Positions 1-12,076 of a DNA stretch of 64,000 nt are shown here, in pieces. Numbering within the stretch: position 1 is the stretch's first letter; the number at the start of each line of letters is the position of its first letter. Source of the DNA: Octopus vulgaris. Lineage: Eukaryota. The translations under genes were made by a program, and so were the position numbers. The notes beneath the pieces are model-generated. The model had not been told where the DNA came from. It made no database searches and was given only the letters and a program-made list of their open reading frames with translations. Location: NCBI GenBank assembly GCA_951406725.2, contig OX597817.1:70928001-70992000 (forward strand). Direction: 5' to 3'.

Positions 1-146
1 TTACGTCCCCGTAATACAGCAGTCCGGCAAAGAGACCGATAGAATAAAAAAAAGTACTGGGATCGATTCATTCGACTAAAAATTCAAGGCAGTGCCCCAG
101 TGTGACCGCAGCCTAGTGACTGAAACAAGTAAAAGAGATAAAAGAG
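1..146 (+). mobile_element. 3' part of tRNA-derived SINE family A
   Basis: Matches the 3' half of the full copies (gaccgatagaataa...gactgaaacaagtaaaagag tail) at 4.0, 46.0 and 48.5 kb. Confidence 0.8.
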
Positions 147-471
147 GTTTATAAATACATTGAATACATTGAAGCTGGATTATACCACTAAAACAATATA
201 TGCTTTAATCACAACACCAAGTGAGAGAAAAACTGAATTGAATTTAAACACTATAATGCCAACCTGTAGCTTTATAGCATTAAATTGTTAACATATTCGT
301 TCTATACGTTTTGATGTGCTTGGGAAAATACTGTACTTGCTTAATGATCCGTATCGTAATTTGTGCATTGATCTTCAGAGCAACCTACATTATTACGTTG
401 TTTCCTTCCCCGAACAATATAAATGTGTGTGTATGAGTGTGCGTATGTGTATGTATGTGTATGTGTGTATG

Positions 472-720
472 AAGGCGCGTGGCGAAGTTGTTAGAGTATT
501 GCACTCACGATCTCTAGATTATAGGATCGATTCCCCGACCGGGCGGTACGTTGTGTTCTTAAGCAAAACACTTTATTTCACGTTACCCCAGTACACTCAG
601 TTCTAAATGGGCGACCCTGTGACGAAATAGCCATCTGATCGGGGAATTGTTGGCCTGCTCGCCCAGTCAGCGGGATGGCGTCATTCGAAAGCTAAAACAA
701 TTATGCGTAGCGCATTGTGA
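472..720 (+). mobile_element. tRNA-derived SINE, CORE-like, diverged
   Basis: Head ggcgcgtggcgaagttgttag (A-box-like) and ggatcgattcc (B-box-like), followed by ttaagcaaaacactt, which resembles a CORE-type motif. Confidence 0.55.
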
Positions 721-789
721 ACAGCTATATATATATGTCAACATCCGATAGTCTGGTCGATACTGCGATATCATCCGACACACACACAT

Positions 790-1140
790 GTCTACATACA
801 TACATACTACCGTTATTGTTTTTACGTTTTTGTATTCTTATTCGTGCTTTCCTTATTGTTGTCACGTATTCTGTATTTTTATTCGTGTACTTCGTTCGTT
901 TTCCGTCCTTGTGTTGTATACATTCGAGGCTTTCTTCCAAGGGATCTAATGCGCTTGGCTTAGATTTCCCTTGGGGGCTGCCCAGATCGGAGCAATCTCA
1001 AGATTAATCAGCCGAAATTGCGAAGATGATCTGGTTCTTGACTGATGACTGAGGGCTTCGAATGTCCCGTCCTGTGGTTCTTGTGCCGTCTCCTTGGTGT
1101 TTCTGTTCTTGTCCATGTTTGTATTTATTTTTTACTGTTT
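790..1140 (+). mobile_element. Interspersed repeat, probable Penelope-like terminal (pLTR) fragment
   Basis: Homologous sequence occurs on the minus strand at ~39970-40340 (next to GIY-YIG-like coding debris) and ~47260-47383; all copies abut microsatellites. Confidence 0.5.
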
Positions 1141-1228
<88 letters not shown>

Positions 1229-2003
1229 TAAACACAAATAACCGTGCGTGACATTCCATTTTTTAATTTTTTTTATTTTATCTAGTTTCAGCTCACGAGC
1301 TGTGGCCATGCTGGGGCACCGCCATATAATATAACTTAAATAATAAGTTTTTAAAAAACATATAATAAATGCACAAACAAACGGGAAACAGACAAAGAAG
1401 TTCACCAAATCCTCGTCAGTTATCGGCCAGAGGGTCAAATGCAATTTCGCTCCTTAACGATAATACAGAATCCCCTCTGGTGACGCCAACAGCGAGAGTC
1501 AGCGGGAAGATTATATATAATCCATGCTTGAAATTATATAATTATTCAAATATATTGCCCTTATAATCGTTTCTATAATTAGAATATATAACCAACAACC
1601 GTCATTCGCCTGTAGTATACGACTCGGTAGCATGTTATCATGTTTTGGCAATTTTTTTTAGTTGCCTATATAGTGGCGAACAGACTTAGACAAACACTTC
1701 GCCCACTTTTGACCCAATAAACCATCGATGGTGTAACTGTTGTAGGAAGAGAGGGGATGTACTAGCACGTAGCTGGTATTCATTTTCAGCTAGGTAGACT
1801 GAAGCAACGAGAATTGAACTACCTAACCCAAGGACACAACACGACACCAAGTTAATGTACTGAACCTGACCGCAAGATCATAAACCCACTGCTTTTGTTA
1901 CTAGGCCATATACCTTCACATCTAGAATATAAGTTAGTTGCATATTTTTGAAAATCTGCATTTCTAGTGGTAGATCCATGTCACTAAGGATCCTCGGGAT
2001 TAA

Positions 2004-2586
2004 GGCGGAGAGCTGGCAGAAACGTTAGCACGCCGGGCGAAATGCTTTGTGGTATTTCGTCCGCCGCTGCGTTCTGAGTTCAAATTCCGCCGAGGTCGAC
2101 TTTATCTTTCATCCTTTCGGCGTCGATAAATTAAGTACCAGTGACGCACTGGGGTCGATGTAATCGATGTAATCCGTTTGTCGGTACTTGTTTGTCCCCT
2201 CTGTGTTTAGCCCCTTGTGGGTAGTAAAGAAATAGGTATTTCGTCTGCCGCTACGTTCTGAGTTCAAATTCCGCCGAGGTCGACTTTGCCTTTCATACTT
2301 TCGGGGTCGATTAAATAAGTACCAGTTACGCACTGGGGTCGATATAATCGTCCCCAGTTTGTCTGTCCTTGTTCGTCCCCTCTGTGTTTAGCCCCTTGTG
2401 GGTAGTAAAGAAATATGTATTTCTTCCGGTTCTTTGCGTTCTGAGTTCAAATTCCACCGAGAGCGACTGTGCCTTTCATCCTTTCGGTGTCAATAAAATA
2501 AGAACCCGTTGAATGCTGGGGACGATAATCGTCTTACCCCCTGCTCCCCAAATTTCACACCTTGTGCCTATTGTCGAAAGGATTAT
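2004..2586 (+). mobile_element. tRNA-derived SINE family B (Meta-domain-like), head-to-tail trimer
   Basis: Head ggcggagagctggcaga...gagttcaaattcc (B box); body gcctttcatcctttcggggtcgataaa-taagtaccag; ~180-bp units restart at 2235 and 2416. Confidence 0.85.
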
Positions 2587-2976
2587 ATCTAAATGTTTTT
2601 CAACGTAACGGTATTATCTCATTAGTGTTAGAATAAAACCAAATTTCAAATATTACGGGCATTATTACCAAACTTTCTTCTTAGCATCCAGGGCTGTTAT
2701 GGTGTAAGCTTAATAAGCTGATTATTAAACCAGTCTCTCGAATGAATCTCTATAATGACAATTAAACGGATTTTTGTATTAAACACGTAAACAGATGTAA
2801 TTAGCATGCATAATATAGGAAGATTCTAATTGCACTACAATACAGTACTGATCTGAATATTTCCTTTCTTTTTAACTGTTCATTCCTGCTGCCAGTTTGC
2901 TCAAAGAAATGTCACATAACACGTACAGACAAAAGCCAAATACCTTTCGTTGATAGCAGCTAATTGGTTATATATG

Positions 2977-3051
<75 letters not shown>

Positions 3052-3079
3052 ATATATATATATATATATATTATATTTT

Positions 3080-3225
3080 TATACTCCACACAACCCACAG
3101 ATCCCTATTGATCGAACCTTTTTTCTTTGTATGTCCCACCCATCCCACCTCGAAAAGAAAAAACTCTACATTGTATTTCGTCCATTTTTATTCTGTGTTT
3201 AGCCCTGTGTGGCCACAATAAACAG

Positions 3226-3226
<1 letters not shown>
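3080..3226 (+). mobile_element. Tx1-like LINE 3' end (short 5'-truncated copy)
   Basis: Shares gatccctattgatcg, aaaagaaaa-ctctac-ttgta and agccctgtgtggcca-aataaa with the 3' UTR of the element at 44044-44906; followed directly by (TATC)n, with a (TATC)n/(TA)n tract upstream. Confidence 0.75.
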
Positions 3227-3306
<80 letters not shown>

Positions 3307-3550
3307 AACTATCTTCTCTCTCACTCTCTGTATATGTGTGTGTTTCATTTTTTAGCCTTTATTTGTTTCGGTCTTTGGACCGTAGTCATGATAGGACATG
3401 GCCCTAAAGGGTTTTAGCCGAAGAAATCAAGTATTTATTTTTTAGGCTTGGTACTTATTCTATCAGTCTTTCTTGCCAAACCGTTAAATTACGGAAACGT
3501 AAGCAAATAAACACCGGTTGTCAAGCGGTGGCGGGAGACAACGCATCCAT

Positions 3551-3586
<36 letters not shown>

Positions 3587-3599
3587 CTTATCTGTTGGT

Positions 3600-3990
3600 A
3601 TTTCATAAAGGAGGCATAATTTTCAGTGTATGAAAGCTTTTCTTTTTTCTTGTCAATGACTGAGCATCCAGAGAAAATTCGTTGAATTATTCCTTCCCAA
3701 ACGTCAAATATTCTACAGTTATTTAATTACATAATTTTGGTTGTTTCTGGTAGAAAGGTTTTCATTCTATGCTGCAATTACGAATACTTCAGCCTCAAGT
3801 TTTGAGTCCTTATCTTTACAGCCGGTGTTGCGATTTTTTACATCTTTTTCTGTCCTATTCGAACTTTTAGATATCGGCTACACAGATACGTCTCTAACCA
3901 TCACATCAGCATGGCATTCAATTTCTCCATTTTTGTGATTGGCTTTTCTCAGTTTTTTTGTAGTTTCCCTTTCTCTTCACAACAAACACG
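3600..3990 (-). mobile_element. R4/Dong-type (RLE) LINE remnant
   Basis: Minus strand reads approximately LKLEAEVFVIAA*NENLSTRNN, resembling the LKxETEGxIxAAQDQxLxTRNY motif upstream of the CCHC knuckle; many stops. Confidence 0.55.
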
Positions 3991-4032
3991 CGTGAAAAAT
4001 TAGAAAACTACTCGTTTCATATCTATATTTAT

Positions 4033-4441
4033 ACTCTCTTTACTCTCTCTTTTACTCTTTTCTTTGTTTCAGTCATGTGACTGTGGCCATGCTGGAGCAC
4101 CGCCTTTGGTCGAGCAAATCGACTCCAAGACTTATTCTTTGTAAGCATAATACTTATTCTATCGGTCTCTTTTTCCGAACCGCTAAGTTACGAGGACGTA
4201 AACACACCAGCATCGGTTGTCAAGCGATGTTGGGGGACAAACACAGACACACAAACATATACAAACACATACATATATATATACGACGGGCTTCTTTCAG
4301 TTTCCATCTACCAAATCCACTCACAAGACATTGGTTGGCCCGAGGCTATAGTAAAAGACACTTGCCCAAGGTACCACGCAGTTGGATTGAACCCGGAATG
4401 ATGTGGTTCGTAAGCAAGCTACTTACCACACAGCCACTCCT
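4033..4441 (-). mobile_element. SINE family A, full length
   Basis: Minus strand: tRNA-like head gagtggctgtgtggtaag...gggttcaatcc, ttgggcaagtgtc motif, internal (TA/TG)n tract, gtaaaagag-type repeat tail. Confidence 0.9.
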
Positions 4442-4599
4442 ATGCCTATGTGAGATCAATAATCTTGACTAACCATATACTTCATAATTTCAGTCTCTCT
4501 ATGTATGCGTCAACAACGCATATAAATTGTCAACAAGGAAGGGGACTTTTTTTTTGTTCTTTTTTTAAGAGATGCAACAGCTATAAATAAAAAGACTTG

Positions 4600-5200
4600 T
4601 CAGTGTGTCTCATCGTCTCTGGAACGCCGGAGGTCTCCACTGTCACAGGCTCGACCACTAATCTGTAAGAGAGCGGCCGATACTTTGACATTTCGCCCTT
4701 CTCGTCTTGACGAACAGCGTAGCCGAATGCAATAGGTTGCCGCTGGAAGTGCCGCAGCATGTCGCATCCTAGATGAAAGCCTTACTACTCAGGAACAGAA
4801 AAATTGTCATGCTGTCTGGCCTTTTACTGTCTCCTCTGTCCAGCCTTGCTGACTCGAGCTGGGAAGGGACGTCTGCGATTTTATGTTCTCATTGAGAGCA
4901 GCATGGAATGCAAGGCGGCCAGCACTATAGTCGCATGACAATGGGTGAAGACCGAAAGGATCCTCAGTGGGTCCGCAGCAGCTTTTATAAGACTCACAAA
5001 TCCAAGGGCCAAGCCTCAGAGTAACGCACATGCGAAGACAATTGCTACGCAGCTGAGTGCCAGTTGAGAGTGATGGGACTGCATTGAATCAGGCACTGCT
5101 GTTGGACTGGGAAGCTATGCGGAAACCTGCCAGACTGTACTGGTCAAGACAGTACATCAGCCCATCCAAGTTCATGCTGCATTGGATAGTATCCGTCGGT
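4600..5200 (-). mobile_element. CRE-clade LINE C-terminal (zinc knuckle + RLE) remnant
   Basis: Minus-strand motifs SA*FNAVP...LRLG, HPLSC..SAGR..HAALN, RGDSKRPDS, xDAT, KY...PVTVETSG match the CRE C-terminus; frameshifted. Confidence 0.75.
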
Positions 5201-6167
5201 CATTTGAGTTTGCTATGTTTTTTGTCTCCTAGAAGATAGAATATAAACATTATTGTTTTATGAATTTTTTCACCTATTTGATTTAATTTGCCATTATTTC
5301 TACTAGATATTTTTGTAGCTCCACAGTTGATGTTATAAACTAGTTGTCTGGTTGCATAAGGACCTCAACCTTCTCTAATGCGAATATACCAATTGTTCGA
5401 TGGTATATTCTAAATGTAGTCGTCATTTTACTTATTTTTCTCTCTGAGAATATTACAGTTAATAGAGAATATTACAGTTACATTTTTTTACTGGAAGAAC
5501 TAGAATATAGATACTTTTATAACACTACCTAAAGTGACCTTCCTTTCTAAAAAGGAAGGACAGTTTTTTTTTGTATTTAATTCTTTTTCAATTTTTCCTA
5601 AAAGGAAGGACATTTCTTAATACTTAATTATATTTCAATTTTTTCTAAAAGGAAGGACATTTTAAAAAATATTTAATTCTATTTCAAGTCCTAATCTAAT
5701 GCATCTGTAATATACTTACCTAACCTATTCTTTTGTTATATCTGTCTAATTTATTGAGTCCCGGCTATTTGTAAGTTTGTGGTTACGCTAATTCTCTATT
5801 TCTTTATTTTGTAAGATATCATTGGTTATGATTTAATTTTTCACTCATTTTTCTAATCCGATTAGTATATCCGTTCACTATTCATTACAGTATTTCTAGC
5901 TATTCATCATGCGCAGTGGTCAATATTAGTGAAGTCCATATAAAAAAAAATATTAGTTTGCCCACTCATAACATTTATATCTAAGTCCAGTCTTGGTTAA
6001 AATTTATGTTCTTAGCATCGGACTGAAAAGATCTGGTGAGAGGGAGTTCACTTGAAATATTCACCTTCCAATGGAGATAAGGTGAGTTTTATTATCCCCT
6101 ATTTTGAGTAAATCTACAGAATTGTTTCTCAGTTACTCATAGCATGTCTAATATATTTGCATATGAG

Positions 6168-6392
6168 AGCGGCGAGCTAGCAGAATCGTTAGTACGCTGG
6201 CAAAATGCATACCAGCATTTCGTCCATCTTTACGTTCTGAGTTCAAATTTTGCCGAGATTAACTTTGCCTTTCATCTTTACAGGGTCGATAAAATAAGTA
6301 CCAGTTGAGCACTGAGGGTCGATGTAACCGACTTGCCCCTTTCTAGGAACTGCTGGCTTTGTGCCAAAATTTAAAGCCAATATATCTACATA
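6168..6392 (+). mobile_element. SINE family B copy
   Basis: gcggcgagctagcagaatcgttag head, B box gagttcaaatt, Meta-like body, ttgtgccaaaattt tail. Confidence 0.85.
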
Positions 6393-6399
6393 TGCTTGG

Positions 6400-7297
6400 C
6401 GCAAATCTCTTCTTGGCTAATGTTTCAAAAACCTGGTTGTCAATCCATGTCAGGAGTAGACGTGCTGTCCTTTCCTTCTAGAATTTTAGCTATGCTTTTG
6501 TTGATCAGTAATGGATCTGTTCAGCCATATCAGCCTTTGTCCTACCCCTTCTACTCATAAAGAAGCAAATTGTCTTACCAGATGTTTATTTTCCCTCCGC
6601 GATATTATTTCAGTTAACGTCTCTGCCAGCGACTTATATGTCCCTGTTAAATATTTTAACCAGAAGTTTGGCATATTATTATTATCTGGTACCTTCCAGT
6701 TGTTTATTTTTTGTGTCGTCTGGATTACTTCTTGCGTTGTTATGGCTCCCGAGAATTGTTCAGACAATGTTTTCGTTGTTCTGAACAATCCTGTCAATGT
6801 TGAGTCCTAAGCTGTCCATAATTAGCATCAGAGTTCTCCTTCTTTTGCGATTGGTGTCGCATTGTTTCTTTTAATCTTACCTACTTTTTGATAAAATCTT
6901 TTGTTTCTTTTAATCTTACCTACTTTTTGATAAAATCTTTTGCGGTTCGGAACGATCGTGTTTTGTTCAGAGAATCGCTGTTACTTTTTAAACTAGGGTT
7001 CACTTGTTTCACGTGCTATTTTTGGAATATATTGTTTCGTTATGTTATATTCTATAATGTTTACCGCTTTTTTTTTCTTTTTCAGTTTTGTAGTTTCGTT
7101 ATAACTGATTTCATTAAAGGCTGAGATTTGGCAACAGTGCACAGTAGTGCAATTTTCTGTATATTATATATATTTGTAAGTCCTGGTGTTTTTGTTATGT
7201 ATTTGTCTGAATATTTTTTTATCATACCTAATGCGCCTATTATGATAGGAATTGTTTCTGTTTTTAGATTCCACATTCGAGTTACTTCTATTTCCTA
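6400..7297 (-). mobile_element. R4/Dong-type LINE fragments (start of RT and RLE C-terminus)
   Basis: ORF 6555-6797 has NWKVPDNNNMPNFWLKYL (K.PG.D...FW.K motif); ORF 7082-7276 has WNLKTETIPIIIGALGMI...IQKIALL, typical of the RLE C-terminus; abuts (TAT)n at ~7297. Confidence 0.75.
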
Positions 7298-7311
7298 TTA
7301 TTATTATTTAA

Positions 7312-7530
7312 GGCGGTAAGTTGGCTGAATCGTTTACACGCCAGGCAAAGTGCTCAGCCGCATTTCGTCCGTCACTACGGTCTGAGCTCAAATTCTACTG
7401 CGGTCGCCTTCGCCTTTCATCGTTTCGAGGTCGATAAAATGAGTACCTATTTTGCACTGGGGTCGATGTGATCGGCTATCTCCCTTCCCCGAATTTCCAG
7501 GCTTTAAGCTTGTAGTAGAAATAATATTTA
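7312..7530 (+). mobile_element. SINE family B copy
   Basis: Same head and Meta-like body as 2004-2586, directly after (TAT)n. Confidence 0.8.
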
Positions 7531-8007
7531 TTATTAGTGTTCTTTAGTCACCAATCGTCTTTTGAATTTTTACATACTGCTTCACCGAAATAACTGAAGT
7601 TAAGTATCGCAAAAACAAAGGTGATTCCATGTTATAAATCTAATTATATTTAATTTTGTTTTACTACTTCTTCGTGATTTTGTGATATGAGTTCTGATGT
7701 ATGAACCAATGGGTGGGCTTTTTTATTACTGTCAGTTTATATTCTTTGTTGCTTAGCATCGAGTTTTGATCAAACGTGTTCTAGCCATGATAATCATGTT
7801 CCTTTTCCGTATAGATAGGTCACCTGTGTCTTACCTTTTTAAAAACGGTGGTATGTGGTTTAGAGAATTTGAGTGCAATTTCTAGCTGACAGAACAACCA
7901 CGTAAAGAAAATTTTGTGGACTTGTTAATTTTGTTGCTATTCATGTTGTTTAACCCCACGTCAGCCACAATCGAGCGCATATATGGTCAAAGTCGACGTT
8001 TCAATTC

Positions 8008-8317
8008 TTTGCGCCCTTTTTAAGTCTAGCCAGGTTCATGGGCCCGGTTTCCCGGTTTCTGTGGCGTATGTGTCCCCCCTCCCACCAGCTGGACGGGACG
8101 CCAGTCCATCGCAGCGTTACTCAAGAAACAGGAAGAAAGAGTGAGAAAGTTGGGGCGAAAGAGTACAATAGGGGTCGCCACCACACCCTGCCGGAGCCTC
8201 GTGGAGCTTTAGGTGTTTTCGCTCAATAAACACACACAACGCCCGATCTGGGAATCGAAACTGCGAGCCTCCGACTGCAAGTCCGCTGCCCTAACCACTG
8301 GGTCATTGCGCCTCCAC
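8008..8317 (-). mobile_element. tRNA-derived SINE with V-domain-like core
   Basis: Minus strand: ggaggcgcaatgacccagtggttagg...gtttcgattccc head, then gcgatggactggcgtcccgtccag, which resembles the V-SINE domain. Confidence 0.7.
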
Positions 8318-8721
8318 TTTTTCTCCCAGATATAGAACATTATCTAATTTCTTCTCCCTTTATGAAGTTGATTGTGCTTGATTTGAAGATTAAGCTGCTA
8401 ATACTGGCAAGTCAATCGAATGGATATATTTCCTTTGTTGGATCATTAGATTCTTCACTTGAAGTATTAACATTCTACGAACCTGCCTCTCTATTAATCA
8501 GGTCTACAGTGCCTTATTCCTAAGCGTAGTGTAACCATTATTCAACACATCACTTTCTTTCTAAAACTGATGCATGTTATTCGAAGGAGGTGCAGCTGCT
8601 TCTATTCAGTAGCAGTTCCCAAATTGGCTCGCAAGCTAGGATGTATATGGATTTATCATCTGTAAAGAACAGTTTCCCCTGCCCGTGTATTTACTGGTCA
8701 ATATATTTTCAAGTGGGCACA

Positions 8722-8925
8722 GGGCAGGGAGCTGACAGGGTCATTACACACGCCGTGCAAAATGCTTAACGGCAATTCGTTCGACTTTACGTTCTGAGTT
8801 GAAATTCCTCCGAGGTCGACTTTGGCTTTCATTCTTTCGATGTATATAAAGCATTAGGGTCGATGTAATCGGACACCACGTTTTCCCAAAATTTCAGGCA
8901 ATGTGCCTATAGTGGAAAGGGATAA
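8722..8925 (+). mobile_element. SINE family B copy, diverged
   Basis: gttctgagttgaaattcctccgaggtcgacttt body and aaatttcaggcaatgtgcctatag tail. Confidence 0.7.
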
Positions 8926-8975
8926 ATATTACTGAAAAATCTTCTATCAATTTCTAACTATATATATATATATAT

Positions 8976-9183
8976 ATTTATTTTATAGAAGGAGCTTCTA
9001 CAGGACTAGAACTGTTTCATTCAAATGAAATCATCAGGAAGCTTTGTGACAATGATGATTTCATTTGAATGAAACAGTTCTAGTCCTGTAGAAGCTCCTT
9101 CTATAAAATAAATTAATTTACTCTGCTATGTATTGAGTACCTTATTTACTGTGGTTAACCCCGACTCAACCCGGGACCTACAT
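8976..9183. mobile_element. Penelope-like terminal palindrome in (TA)n
   Basis: ~60-bp perfect inverted arms (8976-9113) plus a unique right tail; near-identical second copy at 39713-39915. Confidence 0.75.
8993..9043 (-). ncRNA. Type I hammerhead ribozyme motif
   Basis: Minus strand: AGCUUC-CUGAUGA-U UUC AUUU GAA U-GAA-ACAG UUCUAGUC CUGU-A-GAAGCU; 6-bp stem I, intact core, GUA cleavage triplet. Confidence 0.7.
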
Positions 9184-9575
9184 ATATATCTATATATATA
9201 TATACGAAGCCCAATATACCCATCATGACTACCCATCTGATAGGGGCACACCAGGTATATGAATCAAAAACATCAACCATATGTGCACTACATGGTGATT
9301 TTATATCAAGATAAACGGCGCATGACCTCGCAGGTGGGACCCAGTTTGACCCGTTATTGCAGGTGCGTCTTTTTTCTCTCCATTTTCCTCACCGCCTTCT
9401 ATTTTTTCCTATTCATTCCTTCCTGTAGAAGAGCGTTGGCTCGAAACGTCAAAAATATGTAGTACTTTTAATGAGCGTCAAAATAATACACCCTATTTGT
9501 TGTTCTCTCACCAAAAAGTCTTGTTTTTCTGTGTTTTTGGTATCATTTGAACCATATAAATTACATTACACCCAC

Positions 9576-9620
<45 letters not shown>

Positions 9621-9710
9621 AATATACATATATATATATATATATATATGCATATATACGTAGATATATATATATATGCATACACATACATGTATATGTA
9701 TATATGTATG

Positions 9711-9751
<41 letters not shown>

Positions 9752-10048
9752 ATACACGCATAAACACCTAAATATATAAAAAAACTGAGAGGAAAAGATA
9801 GTGGGTGAAAGAGAGAAAAAGGAAAGAAAAGTTGGTCTAGATCACCACAAACACACACACACACATACAAGCACACAAATATGTATTTACATATATACAC
9901 ATACATCTGTGTGGCCTATATCTTCCCGAACAAATCTCTATTTTGCAAGAAACTTCCGTTGTCCGAGAAAGTGGTTAGCGTGAACTCTCTTCCTCTCCCT
10001 CTCTCTCTCACTCACACACACTTTTTTCTCTCTTCTCTCACTCACTCA

Positions 10049-10117
<69 letters not shown>

Positions 10118-10263
10118 TTCATCTTTCTCTATCTCTCCATCTGTATATCTATCTCGTTGAGTATTTCTAAATGACACTTAAGTGTAACGAACTACAAGTA
10201 TAAACACAGAAAAAAAAATGCCCCTAGACCAAAAACTTCCACTTCTACTACCACCATCACGTT

Positions 10264-10323
<60 letters not shown>

Positions 10324-10612
10324 TTCTACTTCTACTTCTACTTCGGCAACAATGAAATCATAGTACTATCACGATAGTGTAGTGAACCTGCCACCCACGC
10401 AAAAAAGGCTGTGTGTGTGTAAAATAGATGAAGTGATAGGCACACACATAGATATATTTATGTCTTTACGCATAGACACACCATTGACTAAACTGAATAT
10501 TAACACTACTCTTCAGCAAACTGAAGAGAAACGACAAACTCCATAATTATATTATAGAATATGTATGTCAGGTATATTTACATATCTTTCTGCCGATTAA
10601 AACACACACACA

Positions 10613-10653
<41 letters not shown>

Positions 10654-11466
10654 ACACACACACATACATACATACATGCATACATACACTTGTATCGAAG
10701 TCTATTTCTCTTGTTTGTTCCACTAAACTTGTACACACGCATATACACCATATTATGCCTTAGCATTAGCTTTTAACTCCATCATAGAGTCATGGACTTG
10801 CCATTATGACATATGTGTGTAGTTTAGGTATTTTAGGCCCAGCGGAGCCTATTTCGCCTCAGGAGTGACCACAATCGATTTCTTAGGAAATTAGAAGAAA
10901 GAAAGAGTTAGGAGGAGAGAAGAACCAAGATTAATACTTATCTATCGACTCCCGAAAGGATGTCAACGCAAAGTTGATCTTAATGAGATTTGAATTTAGA
11001 GCACAGAGGGCCGGCCAGAATTGCACAACGATTCTGTCAATTTGACCCTCATATACATACATACATTCATGCATACATGCATAAAAACACAGATACACAC
11101 TCTCACACCCTCACACACACACACAAACACACACATAAACTCGCAACGTAATATAATCAAAAATCTAATGTTGCGATTCTGTTTTTAAAATGTACGTTTC
11201 AAGTGGAAATATTTCGCTTGAAACGACTGAGGAGGTTAGATTCTGTGTAACAATTTGCTAAGTAACCACTTGAAACGTACGTCTTTAATGCACTCGAAAT
11301 GTCAGTAATCGGTTTTGTGATTATTCTCGTACAACTGATTTTTATAACAATCCACCTCATACCTACTTGAATACTGCGCTGTAACATAACAGGTGTATAA
11401 GAGTAGAGTGCTGATCTGGACACTGAGTGGAAAATATTTGGTAGAGTGCGCTTTAATAAGCCTGTG

Positions 11467-11500
<34 letters not shown>

Positions 11501-11767
11501 TGTATGTATGTATTATGTATGCATACATACATGCATGCATGCATGTGTGTGTGTGTCTGTGTGTGTGTGTGTGTGTGTGTGTATACCCTGAGAAAGTGTT
11601 CAGCAGCGCATTTGGTGAATATTCTTAATTTGTGTATTGATAATACTACCAATGATTTCAGGTGTAAATAATTACTATAATTTTCAAGCGATCCACTATA
11701 AAATGCAGATAATCATCTACATACATATATATGTATACATATTTCCATCCATCCATCCATCCATCCA

Positions 11768-11798
<31 letters not shown>

Positions 11799-11992
11799 GT
11801 ATATATTTATATGCATTCTTTTATATGTATCAGCCTTGAGGTTGCGGCCATGCTGGAGCACCGCCAGTAAAAAAATCAGTGATAGGCATATATGCCATAT
11901 TTCGGGAGTTTTTTACTCCCTCATAAACACCCATCTATATATATGTGTGTGTGTGTGTGTGTGTATGCGTGCGTGCGTGTGTGTGCGCGCGT

Positions 11993-12035
<43 letters not shown>

Positions 12036-12038
12036 CGT

Positions 12039-12076
<38 letters not shown>

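Noticed and set aside
1035-1070. ctgatga in the 790-1140 repeat as a ribozyme core
   Set aside because: No correctly placed GAAA or stems; the related copies read ctgaaga or ctgaaaa without compensating structure.
2004-2586. CRISPR-like or tRNA gene array
   Set aside because: The units are ~180-bp SINE repeats with no unique spacers, and the heads lack a complete cloverleaf.
6862-6940. Short tandem duplications (also ~24150-24220, ~53971-54007, ~5550-5660)
   Set aside because: Ordinary slippage duplications with no further structure.
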